Shown piece by piece: positions 45,232-58,000 of a stretch of 64,000 nucleotides of DNA. The stretch is taken from NCBI GenBank assembly GCA_002269645.1, contig NIVC01000347.1:124001-188000 (forward strand). Direction: 5' to 3'. The translations under genes were made by a program, and so were the position numbers. This stretch comes from Macrostomum lignano (lineage: Eukaryota). Under the pieces are notes generated by a model. That model did not search any database and was not told the DNA's origin. It saw only the letters and a program-made list of their open reading frames with translations. Within the stretch, counting starts at the first letter, position 1. Every line of letters starts with the position of its first letter.

Positions 45232-45541
45232 AACTCAATAACGATTTTGTGTGGTGTGTGCTCAAAAATCGGAGGATGGCTATAATTAATTGTTCCCGTT
45301 CAGCTTGAGCAGGATGTTAACTTTACATGGACTGGAGATATATACCCACTCTAAAACTGAAAATAGGGGCCTGTTCCGTCTCAGCCAATCAAATTGGGAG
45401 TTCAACGTTCTAACAAAAGTATACTTTGTTAGAATTGCAGCATCGATCTATTTGTTAGAACGCTCTGCATGACAACATACGCTCGTATTTCTGTGCGCAG
45501 GCTTTTCATTCTGAACAAAGATTAGAACGGATATTGAGAGG

Positions 45542-46022
45542 GCCAAGGGGTTTTAGCACCAAGGGGCTTTAACACCAAGGGGCTTTAGCACCAAGGGGCT
45601 TTAGCACCAAGGGGCTTTAGCACCAAGGGGATTTAACACCAAGGGGCTTTAGCACCAAGGGGCTTTAGCACCAAGGGGCTTTAGCACCAAGGGGCTTTAG
45701 CACCAAGGGGCTTTAGCACCAAGGGGCTTTAGCACCAAGGGGCTTTAGCACCAAGGGGCTTTAGCACCAAGGGGCTTTAGCACCAAGGGGCTTTAGCACC
45801 AAGGGGCTTTAGCACCAAGGGGCTTTAGCACCAAGGGGCTTTAGCACCAAGGGGCTTTAGCACCAAGGGGCTTTAGCACCAAGGGGCTTTAGCACCAAGG
45901 GGCTTTAGCACCAAGGGGCTTTAGCACCAAGGGGCTTTAGCACCAAGGGGCTTTAGCACCAAGGGGCTTTAGCACCAAGGGGCTTTAGCACCAAGGGGCT
46001 TTAGCACCAAGGGGCTTTAGCA
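45542..46022 (+). repeat. 16-bp minisatellite (CCAAGGGGCTTTAGCA)
   Basis: Near-perfect tandem array; reverse-complement relative of the 42388-42835 unit. Confidence 0.97.
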
Positions 46023-46879
46023 GATGCATCGCATACATGTACATTACAAAGTTTTTTCAGAATTCTTCAGAATTTACCTCTCCTCCTAGTTTTAAGTGTA
46101 TGTAGGCTCCTATATCCTTGTTTACTAGGTAAATACTTCGAGCACTTGACTAAGAAACTTCCTTTCAGTTTACCTTTGGTAAACAAGAGAACTGAAAACC
46201 TGTTGCACAGCTGTCTAAACACTGGTTAGCTGCAGCTACAGTATTTGCAAGGAATCACTACTTTATTTAACATTTGAAGAGACCCGCTCAAAATTTTCTA
46301 AAGAATTTCCACTGCTGAAACAGTGCATCAATTTTTCATAAATTGCTTGACTTTCGCTATAGGTTCTCAGTACAATGTTCAGCACTCATGCGTCAATCTA
46401 ACGGTTCAAACATGTAGGTTAATTAGCATGGTTGCATAACCATGCATAATCAATTCACGGGGAAAGATCATTATAGTAGCTATAGTGTGTTAATTTTTTA
46501 AGTAAGTCATACATGCAATTGTACCGAAATACAGGTGCACTCTTCTAATTGTATGGAATCTGTAGCTACTAAATTGTTTGATCATCACTTAATTAATTAG
46601 TAATTTGTTTGAGTAGAAAGTGTCCGCGGGCTGTGACGTAACTCTATACGCCAGAATTGTGACCATCCTCGGCAGCATTCCATCTTTTACCGACCGTCAC
46701 ACCAGTCTATCCCGGCAGACTGCGGCACAATAATCAGGCAGTTGATCTACCGCTTTCTGGACACCTTCGCCTACGTGGAGGGAAGCCGACTCCCGCCTGC
46801 GGATATATGGTTTAGCACGATCGCACAGTGCATCGAATCGACACCAGCAACCAACAACCGGCCTACACGCCAGACCCCA

Positions 46880-47300
46880 CCAGCAGCTGCACCCGGAGAA
46901 GAATTCCAATAGCTGATCGACGCCGGCTATATTTGACTATCCAAGAACTCGTGGGCATCATGTACCACTTCACATGGTAACCAAAAAAGTCGGACGGCAG
47001 ACACAACGGGAAAATGGCGCGACCATGTGGCGACTACCGCGCCCTTAACAAGATAGCTACACTACCCATGCAGTACTGAAAATTCAGAGCTTCACTCGCT
47101 ATATTCGCACTGCTCAACGCGACCTCAAGGAAACTGGTCTAAATTCCTAGTGCGAGCATCTACATGTAATCACAATTTCCAAGGACAGCAATCAACACAC
47201 CTTTCGGTCTTTTTAAAGTACATGTATCTGATAGACTCGATATGCCCTTGGGCTCCGAAATGACGCAAAAGTTTTTCAGCGTTTCATCGACTCATTATTA
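46880..47300 (+). mobile_element. Degraded Gypsy reverse-transcriptase remnant
   Basis: Fragments WAS.LHMV.KK.DG, WRPCGDYRALNK, TAINTPFGLF and MP.GLRN.AK.FQRFID across frameshifts. Confidence 0.7.
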
Positions 47301-48324
47301 CATTACCTGAGGACTGCACTGCCTGCCATGCATGTACAGTATGGCCGGTTCGCCGTTACCTCTCGATGACCCGGCCCTCTTGCATATGGTTTACTCAAAA
47401 GTCCGAGGAAGAATTTACCTTCAGCAGCTCGAGGCTGTACTATTGTAGTGAGCTGAAATGAATGAGATATTAAGGCGGTTGTTCTTCGGGTTAGCGTTTG
47501 TTCAACAGCTTTACGCATGGAAAAGCTACTGATCAATTACGAGTACAATGTCGGGGATGCGCTAGTTTAGCGATACTTCTAGAGTTCGGGAGTATTCGGG
47601 AAGCATGTGCGCGGAGTTTACATTGCCCAATTTAAAATGTCTTTTATACAGAAATTTCTAGAAAGGTGGATACGCGTAACTACATAACTACATAACGCGT
47701 AACATGTTAGTGTTTTTAATATATGTATAGTAGTAAAAATTGATGCGTTTGTATAAATCAGTCATGACACAATATAGAAATTACGAAAGCACTAAAGTAA
47801 TAATAATTTCATGTGTCGCCGTTTCAGGTGTAGCCTGCATAAGACTTAAGAGTCAATAACTTAAGTAAATGTACGTAATGTACCTAAATGTGTACAGGCA
47901 GATTAAACATAACTCAAAAATTTATTTGAGTTTCGGAAACTCAAATTATTATTTGAGCTTCGGAAAAAAACATAATTAAGTTTTAACTTTCATATTAGCT
48001 TTAAATTTGTTTTCGCTACACAATTTAGCCTTAGGATTAAGAGAAACATTCTGAGCACTAGCAAAACTTAAAGATTTGTTAATACTAGTGAAAACATTTA
48101 AAGTCTGTTGTTTTTTACTTACGCTGAGATCTCATCATCGTGTCAAACCTAATTGATTGCAGTGATTGTGACGGACATCACTTGTGTAGTTTTGCCACTG
48201 TTCTGTTTCTTATTAAGTGTCGTCTGTATCGACCCTTGACTTAAAATAAAATTTGTGTTTAACAATTAGCAGTATTTATTTGTGGTAGTTGAAAAAATTC
48301 GAATTCTTGAGTCTTGACTTTGTC

Positions 48325-51300
48325 ATGGGCAAAGGCTCTATTAAATTTGATCCAAAAAAGTTTCAACAGAAGTTGCTAACACTCGTCAATGATAAAGATA
48401 GCATTTATGGACTGACAACTGCATTTTTCAACCACAAAGATTATGCACAGCAGACTGTAAAAATATGGATCAGTGCTTTTGAAAGTGGTAAGGCATTTAG
48501 TTTTTTTCTTAGGAAACTTGCAAAGTTGATGGTATGAATGACTTTTTAGGAGAGTTCAATTTATGCATAGGCATATATTTTAGAATTTAGGGAATTTTGT
48601 TATCTTTTTGACATACACTGCACTGGTGTCATTTTAGCTAAGATGGGATTTGCATTCTAACATGCACTATTTACAATCTAGACTCTGTCACTAGACACTA
48701 GATAAATCTTATATTTATCTTCTTCTTATATACTAAAAATGAGTTGTCTGTAAGTATATGGGTATGCAATTGATTAAAAAAAAAAATTGCTCAACCAATT
48801 TTTTTCAAACTTGCACCATTTGATCTAAAAATTTTCTGTGACTAGACTCCGAAGACCGAATGGTATACATGTACGCCGGAATTTTCCGAAGGGACCTAGA
48901 TTAGGGTACCAGTCATTTTGGTGACAAGACATTTCGGTGACAGACATTTCGGTGACAAATAGTCGTTTTGGTGACAAGTTGCAATTGTGATAGACACCAT
49001 AGTCCGGATCATGGCAGGCGTACGCCGGAGTGAAAATTCGTGTCTTTTCAATTTTACGCTGACGTAAAGTTCAAAAATTTTTTACGCCAAGTCAAAAGTA
49101 AGTTGTTTATACGCCAACTTTTTAAAGAATTTGTATTTTTTAAAACTTAAAAATAATTATTTACTTGAAAACGGCTGATTTTTTCCAAAAACTAATATTC
49201 TTTGTTTTAATTTTGTTTTTCTCATAAATTTCGTTAATATTTTCTGTTTTGTTAACCGTTTATATTCAGAAGAGCTTTGGTTAATTGATATTTAACTACA
49301 CGATTGCATCAGCCCTGAACTTTTCTATTTCTTGTACGCCGGTTGTTTATACTTCATGTTGAACCTGAATATTCTATACGCCAAATGTACGCCAAGATTG
49401 TCAGCGAGTGCAAAATTACGCCGGAAAATTCCGGCGTAAAGGCCACCTTCCGGACTATGGGATAGACACACTTTATTTTCAATGAAAAATCAAAGATTTC
49501 ATGAGTATTGTTATTTTAGTGATAAGAGGTGTTTCATAATATTTGGTTGTAGTTATTTTGTTAAGATTTATGTTTCGTAATATATTTAAAAAGTTTCCTC
49601 GAAAGAATATATTTAAGAAAAAAAGCAAACTAATTATATTGTTTTCTTCCTATGCAGATCATTTTGATTTGTCCCAGAGTGTTCAGACACATAAACCATA
49701 AACCTAGAGAGAATCCTCATGAAATGCAGACCACGAGAAAGGCAGAGACATTCACTCGTCGACGCTTTTGCATGTTTAAATTGGAAAACATAATTCAAAA
49801 GACTGCAACTCTATAATTATAAATAAACAAAATTAAATACAGAAATTACTTCTGTTTAAAAAATATAAAATTTTAGGCTCAATATCCCTTAAGATTTTCT
49901 AAGTAATTTTTTGTTTAAAAACAGAATGGCTATAACTGAAATTGTATTTTTCTTGTCACCGAAATGACTTTTGCTTGTCACCAAAAAGACTGTCACTGAA
50001 ACGTCTTGTTACCGAAATGACTGTAATCCCTAGATTACACATTGGCATACAACTTGGCATACAAAGGCACCTGGCATGCCCTCTTGGCATACAGCTTGGC
50101 GTATAGAGATTGCCAAGACCAACAGGTGGGACCAAAAGTTCCGAGTCCCAACATCAATCTATATAATTAGCATACAAAAATGATTAAGTTTGCATTTGGC
50201 ATAGTTTCTATGTACATAGTTACAGTAGCAAAATTTTTATCAGAAAGAATAGCCAGCCATTTACAAAAAAAGGAAAACTAAATTAAAAAAACTGGGTTTA
50301 ACTTTTCCAAGAAAGTAAAAGTAAAACAAAATAGTTAAAATGAACTAGTTCTCTACAGTTTAGTAAAAAGATTTTCAGTTTTAACACAGGTTGTTTGAAT
50401 ATTAAAATTTTGCAAGCTTTTAATATTAGTTGTAATTTGTAATTTTTATTTTAGCGTATTTTTGTATGCGATAAAAAGTTCGTTGGCATATATTGGCATG
50501 CATGAGCTACGGAAGCAATTTTCATTCTGGCGTATAGCGGTACACAATCCTGACCCTGGTTCTGTAACAGTACATGCATCCTAGGACCTAGGTTGTGGAT
50601 AGTATGCATATATGCCGGAACTTTTCTGACGTACAAAATGGCCACCCTAAGTCCTTGGCATACACAATCGGCGTACACAACCCCTGGCGCGCTTTGTTGG
50701 CGTACACTATTGGTGTACACAAGTAACACAGCCACACATACTTTTTGGCATACAAATTTTGGTAAATAAATTCATGTCGTGCAAGAAAATTATAATGTAA
50801 ATTAACGTTTTTATATAAAGTAAAGGAAAATTTATATTGTCAGTGATAAACTTTTTGCTTCTTTTAAATTAATAATAAATAAAATTAGTGTAAATTTTTG
50901 CTAAGAGTATTAATTTTGCATGATATTTTTTATAGGTATAATTTAAGTTTGTTTAAATTGAAAATATTTGTAATAGTGATGGATCCAAATATTCGGATTC
51001 GGAATCCGAATCCGAAAAAAAGTCTTACTTTTATAGGAATCCAAATGTTTTGGATTCAGAATTTTTTTTTCTGAATATTTCCGAATGTGCTTCTAAAATT
51101 CAAATCTAAAATAAATATTATAAATCAAGAAACCAAAGCATGCAACCCGTTAAATAAAGAAACTAAAAACTAAAAAGAAAGAAAATTAAAAGACAAAGAG
51201 CAAAATTTCTATCACATTATTCTTTTTTTTCTACAATTGTCTATTTTTGCAGCAATATATGTTTAAAAAAAGTTGAATAAGTAAATTTACTAAACCTAGG

Positions 51301-54300
51301 GACCTATAAGACAATAAACCTAAAGTTACGGAAATATTTTGGTAATTATTGTTTAAGTGTAAAAACAGGTTTTTTCAAAATGCAAAATTGCAACTGCACC
51401 TGGGTTGTCTTACTCTTTTTTAAAATGCTATTGTAATTACGGTTATATATGCTTTGATATATTGGCATAAAATAGTTTTTTTTCTCTTTTCTTTTGGATT
51501 TTTCGTTTGAACTTCATTCGCACCTTATTGTAACCAAAGTAATTTTGCAATTAAAGCTATACCTCGTAATTCGTACTCATTTTTGTATTAATATTTATAC
51601 TCTTTGTTAGTTGTTAGTCGTCACTTTTCGTCCAAAAATACCGTAAAAATTCTAGCGCGCTTTCAAATACTTTATCTTTTACAATAACTCTGCAAATCGT
51701 CGTCAAATCGTCTTTATAAACTTCTATTTCAAAAATTTTTCCAAATACATAGCTCTATAATATATTGGCCAAACAGGCTAATTGCCTGAGCCAAATTCTC
51801 TTACTACTACTACTTACTTACGGGTCACATGGACTGTACGTACGTACGGTAAAATTATCATAATTGCACTGTATATATATATGTCACTCATTAGCTATAG
51901 TCAGTAGTACTAGAATTAGATGTTCATGTAACATGGTAGAAGTAGAACTGAATTTCCTATCTAAGTCTCTCTTTAAATTTGGTTTGGCGATAGATATCAG
52001 TAGAGGTTGGACAAGCAGAAGATTTTGGTCATGCGTGAATTTTTCAAAGTCAGGCGTGATCGTGATCGTGAATTTATATTAGCATACATGTATATTGAGC
52101 TCGTAAGTTACAAGTGTTGAAAATAACAAACAAGAAAAGAAATCATACTCGTATATTGATAATAGCTACTCGGCCGTAATGCTGTCAAGTCAACAAATTT
52201 AAAATTTATTAATTCTTTACACATTTGTGTTCACGTTTTTGGTAAATCAAGTAGAAAAGTTATATTTCTAATAAAAACGTAAGCAGAAATTCACAACCGT
52301 TGGAACAGGTTTCAACAAAATCACTATCGTGAAAAAATGGTCCTGAATTCACGATTGTGATCACATCCGACCCCTAAGATAAAAGTACGAGTACGAATAT
52401 AAGCCCAGGAGAGATGGAATCTTGTCAGTCAATTTATGTGTGCACTAATTAGATGACAAGACATTTTCGTAAATTAAAAGAGTCATAGTTACTCCCGCCG
52501 CTTACCTTACACTTTTTGCTTACATTCAGAAACATTCAGATTCAGATTCGGATTTTTTTGTACATTCGGATTCGGTTTCGGAAACTTGCAAAAATCCACA
52601 TTCGGTCCATCACTAATTTGTAATATGTTAAAAACACTTTTCATATGAAAGCCTTTCTTAGAAAACTCTACTTGTGAAAACCAAATGACCTTTTTTAGGA
52701 ATTTTTTGTGTACATTTTAGTGCAACTTTTTGTTTTTGGCGTATACTGGCATACAAAGTCCTTGATGCCCAAATTTTTCCCGCGTACATGGGTACATGAT
52801 CCGCACACTGGCATGCATTGTGGCTAAAAAATGGCTCAATTCTAAAGTGATTAAGTATTTGAAAAATATGATTTTTTGCAAAGGTTAAATAGACTTTTTG
52901 ACTTGAAATTCATTGTAAAAATACTAGAAAAAAAACTGCCTAATTGAATTCAGATTTTGATAAAGATTGCATCACAACAAGTTGAAAATAGTGTCAAAAA
53001 TGTCAAAAAAGCATATAAGAATTGATTGAGATTGCCTAACCATATTGTATTTATTTATTGTCTGTGTATTGGCTAAATTTTACTGACTTTTATTGCCTTG
53101 CTGTGTTAAAAATATAATGTCGAAACATAGCACGTGACTTGATTAAAATTACGTAACCATATTGCTAACTTAAATTGAAACTAATACTGGCTAATTGAGA
53201 AATTGATTATGTCATAACTTTTACTTTAAACAACTTGCTGTAAGTATTGAATTATAAGGACCACAATTCATGTTTTCCAATTGACAAAAGATAGCCTAGA
53301 TGCAAATAGACTAAACTACTAATGTACTGACCTCAGTTTGAATCTTAGTAGTAGTGCAATTTTTTTTTTAAACTTTAAAACACAAAAATGATAGCCATAA
53401 AAGAAGTGCAATGTTTGATATAACAGTGGCACCATGTTAAGCATGAAAGAGTTGCCATGTCAAACATAAAAGAGCCACCATGTTAAACATAAAATAGGCA
53501 CCATCTCCAACATGAAAAAGACACCATTTCAAACATAAAATAAGCCTCATGCCTGCCAAACATAAGGAACCACTGTTTCAAACATAAAAGAGCCACCATG
53601 TCAAACATAAAAGAGCCACCATGTCAAACATAAAAGAGCAACAATGTCAAACATAAAAAATACACAACTTCAAACATAAAAGAGCCACCATGTCAAGTAT
53701 AATAGAGGCACCACATAAAACAGGAAAAAGGCACCATGCACAACATAAAAGAAGCTTCAGGTCAAACACAATAGAAGCATCATCTCTAACTATAAAAATC
53801 AAAACTCTGTCTGTCTGTCTGTGGACAATTTTGATCGCTATGGACTCCCAAACCACTCAACCAAATTACACCAAACTTTACACCCACCCTAAACTTACTA
53901 TGGAGAATGTCTTAGGCTACCTAAAAATTTCCTAGACTCAAGTCTTCCTACCTAAAAGTGCAAAAAAACTGCTTAAAATGCGCAATTTTTCACTAAATCC
54001 TACATAGCGCTGCTCCAGTTTTACTAATCTTCTTCAAATTTGACACACAATCTTCAACTATTTTGACACAATCGTGTAAAATTTCAAATCTCAAAGTTAA
54101 TCCTTAACAGCGCTACGCACTTTTAAAGTTGGGCTGCTTTTTTAAGCAAGACAGCCACCCCAAAAGTTTCAACTCTCTAACTCAATCAGAACAGAAACTG
54201 TAAGCATGTGAAATTTGTCTGCTTTTTCTGTTGTTTGTGCCACTCACTCACTCATTCCCCAGAGCCAGACGAAGGGTCAGGCGATAGGACTGAATGTACA

Positions 54301-54991
54301 TGGCAATGTACAGTGTTTTGGAATAACTTTTTATAGCCTTCTCTGCACCCCCGTGGAGAGGCTACTGGCTTTCGAAGTAGGGATTGGCAGACTTTTACTT
54401 CAAAAGCCAGATAAAGAATCCAGCTTATGTGCGGGCCAGATGAGAGTGGAAAGGAGAAGGAATAGACTATTAGAAGAGAGGAGAGGCGAGAGGGGCATTA
54501 GAGAAAATATGGAAGATAAGAAGAGAGACAAGTGGTGAGAAGAGAGCAGAGAAGAGAGGGGTGTAAGAAGAGGGGAGAAAGGAGAGATGAGATTGTAGAG
54601 ATGAGACAAATGAAATGAGAGATTAGAGAGTAAAGATGAGAGATGAAAAAGGTGAGAGGAGAGTGCAGAGAGACGAGAGAAGATAATAGAGGAGAGTGAG
54701 TATAGAAGAGGGAAGAGAAAAGAAGAGAGGAGTAAGGAAAGAGAGGAGTCAGAAGAGGTGAAAGAAAAGAGTACTCAGGAGATAAGTGAGAGAACGTATA
54801 AGAGAGTAAAGATGACAGATAAGAGAGCAGAGATGAGGGTGAACAGACGAGAGATGGGAGAGTAGAGAGAACAGAGGAGAGATAAGAGAGAAGAGATTAC
54901 AGAGACTAGAGGAGAGTGGAAAGACAGGTAGAGAGAAGAGGAAATAGGAGAATGAAGAGGGGAGAGAGGAGAAGAGAGATGGGAGAGGAGA

Positions 54992-55067
<76 letters not shown>

Positions 55068-58000
55068 TGAGAGAGTTAAGAGAAGAGAGAAAAGAATAGA
55101 GAGGAGAAAGAAGAGACGAAAGAAGAGGGGGAGAGAGGAGAAGAGAGGGAAAACGAAAAGTAGAAAGGAGAAAGGAGAGAAGAAAGAAAACGAAAAGTAG
55201 AGAGGAGAGAGGAAGGAAAGAGTAGAGAGAAGAGACAAGAGATGAGATAAGAGAGATGAAAGAGAAGAGAGATGAGGGAAGATATGAGAGAAGAGAGGAG
55301 AGAGGAGAGGAGAGAGAAAACGAAAAGTAGAGAGGAGAGAAGAGAGAAAACGAAAAGTAGAGAGGAGAGAGGAGAGACAAGGGACGAGAGAGAAAGGAAA
55401 CAGAAGAGACGATAGAAATTTTAAAGGATCCAAGAGATGTAGGGAGAGTCAGGGGGAGGCCAGAGTTTGCCAATACATGTTTTAGAGTCTGACAGACATT
55501 GCCTGACTTTCTTCAGAGTACCCCAGCCAACAATATCAATGTTTGCCTCAAACCCTAATTTTACACAAATGTGTTCCATTTTATGTCTACCTCTATCCTA
55601 CAAACTATTAACAAGTTTTTGTTTATGTATGGCCTTAGATTTCAGAATGTATGCAAAAGTAGTTTCAGGGATTGGAATTCCCCAGGTTCAAAATCTGCAG
55701 GTTTCAACAGCTTGTGTGAAACATAAAAGAGACATTATTTCATATATAAAATAAGTGTCATGCCAAACATAAAGGAGCCTATTTAAAGCTGAGAAAGTTG
55801 TTGAACTAGATACTTGCTATCTGGGGTTGCTTGCTATTGAGAGATGCTTGCTATCTTGGGGGGGGGAGAGGAGCAATGCTTGCCATCTGGGGAATGCCTA
55901 TTATCTATGTGAGGGCTTTATGTTAAATATTGTATACTTTGTTTTTTAGACAAAAGATATTCATAGCAAACATCTTTGTCCATTTTACAATTTTCACATT
56001 TCACAATTTTACTTGAATGAGGTTATCTATAAACTGAAAAAAGAATTGGTTCTAAAAAAATATGCTTCTTTAATAGATTTGCATGAATAATTTTTGCTCC
56101 TTTCTTCTTTGGCACCCCAAAGGGGGGCACTAGATTGCTAGTAATTATACTTTAGATAACTAATACAATACAAATATTTTTAGTTAGATAGAAATCTAGT
56201 TTATTTAAAAAAAACCTATATTATAGAATCATAGATTTATTGCAATAGGTTAAGTGCAAGTTTCTATAACAAAGAAAAGCATTTCAAAAAAACTTTTACA
56301 GTTAAAAGATGATGGATTATGGGAGTGCAAATAAAAAAATATTATTATTTGGATATAATAACATTGCTATTTTATAGAATTTAAATAATAGAACTTTGCA
56401 TTATTGCAAGTTATTTATAAAAAAGAAATAGACACAACTTATTTTATTATAATGTATCTATAAATATCAAACATAACAATAGAAAAAAGTCCATTATTTT
56501 TTTAATGCAAAAGTAAAGACAAAGTTCCATAATTTTAAAATTTTGGCATATATAACAGTCACATTTACAATTTTTAGCATACTTGGCATACATAGGGACT
56601 TCTTGAATTTAATTCTGGCATACATATACTACCTTTTCCTGACTATAGGTATAGTGTGAATGAATTGTTGAGTTGAAAAGTATCATTGAGGTAATTTTCA
56701 CTAACACATAGGGCTAGTTAAATAAATTTTAACATAAAATGTTAGAAGTATTGACTATTGATAGTATTATAACCAAGTATTTATTAAAAGGGATATTATG
56801 TTAGAAATAGGTTAAATAACATAATTTAGATCTATATTAATATACCCTAGGTCTAGTACAGCAATAGTATTAGCAAGAATCACTTTTCAATTCTATTTTA
56901 ATCTGCAAGTACAAAAATAGTTTTAGTTATCTACTACAGGGAAAAAGTATAAAACCATGTTTATATGCCAGGACTAAAAATGTTTTTTAAGGTAGGAGCA
57001 TATTCTTTATAATTTAAGATTATTAAGTTTAAATTAAGTTTAAAGTTTAAGTTTAAAATCTATACAGTGCTACCAATTAATATATAAAGTTTGATTTAAT
57101 TAACAAGAATACTATAATTTGGTTATATAACTGCATCAATATCAATGTTTAATTGGCCCAAATATCAGACAAAAAGTATTTGCTTTTCATTGGATTTTTT
57201 TGCAAATTATGAAGTTTTATCTTGGCAATAATATTTATATCTTGATCTATATTAGCAATCATTAATATTTCTATAATACACATTTTAGGTAACATTGATT
57301 TCCGTCTCGCTCTCATCTACCTGGCTAATGAAATATTGCACAATTGCAAACGCAAAGATGCTTCAGTCTACAAGGATGAGTTCAAAAAAGTCTTACCAAA
57401 TGCACTGTCTCAGCTTAAGTAAGTTGCATTTGTTTAAATCATTTAATATGGTCTGTCTTAAAATTTTAACAATAATACTATGGTCTACTAAGAATTATGA
57501 AATAATAATACTTCCAAATAATATATGAATAGCAGAAATTTGGCATTCATGGTTTTAATTTCATAATTTGATGCCCAAAAAAATAAAATTATTAGTAAGA
57601 ATAAGTGAAATTTCTTTTTTATAGAGGCACGAATATTGTGGACAAGGTTGTTCGCGTTTTGGAACTCTGGTCAGACAGGAAACTCCTGGATAGTGCCGTG
57701 TGTAGCGGTCTAATTGCCGGCATAAGTAAGTAAATTTCCTTTTGTACTTTAGTTTAATTTTTCATGCATGCTACTGTTTATCAGTAGTATTTAAAAATTA
57801 TTGTGTTTGTTTTTTCTTTATCTAGGCTCATCGTCAGGCGCAATTGAGGACGCCAAAATTGATCCAGAATTGATTAAGAACTTTTCGGTGAGTAAATTAT
57901 TTTGAATATGTCTGGTAATAATAGTAAGTCGAAGGTAACGAGAATTCTATCTATCCTAAATTTTAAATCAGTGAACTTGTTGACTTGATTTTTACCAACA

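Noticed and set aside
52001-52375. Possible extra hAT MITE nested in 50974-52615
   Set aside because: TIR match is imperfect (TAGAGGTTGGA vs TAGGGGTCGGA) and there is no convincing TSD
54775-55473. Hydrophobic Leu/Ser-rich ORFs resembling membrane proteins
   Set aside because: Reverse strand of the GA-rich low-complexity tract
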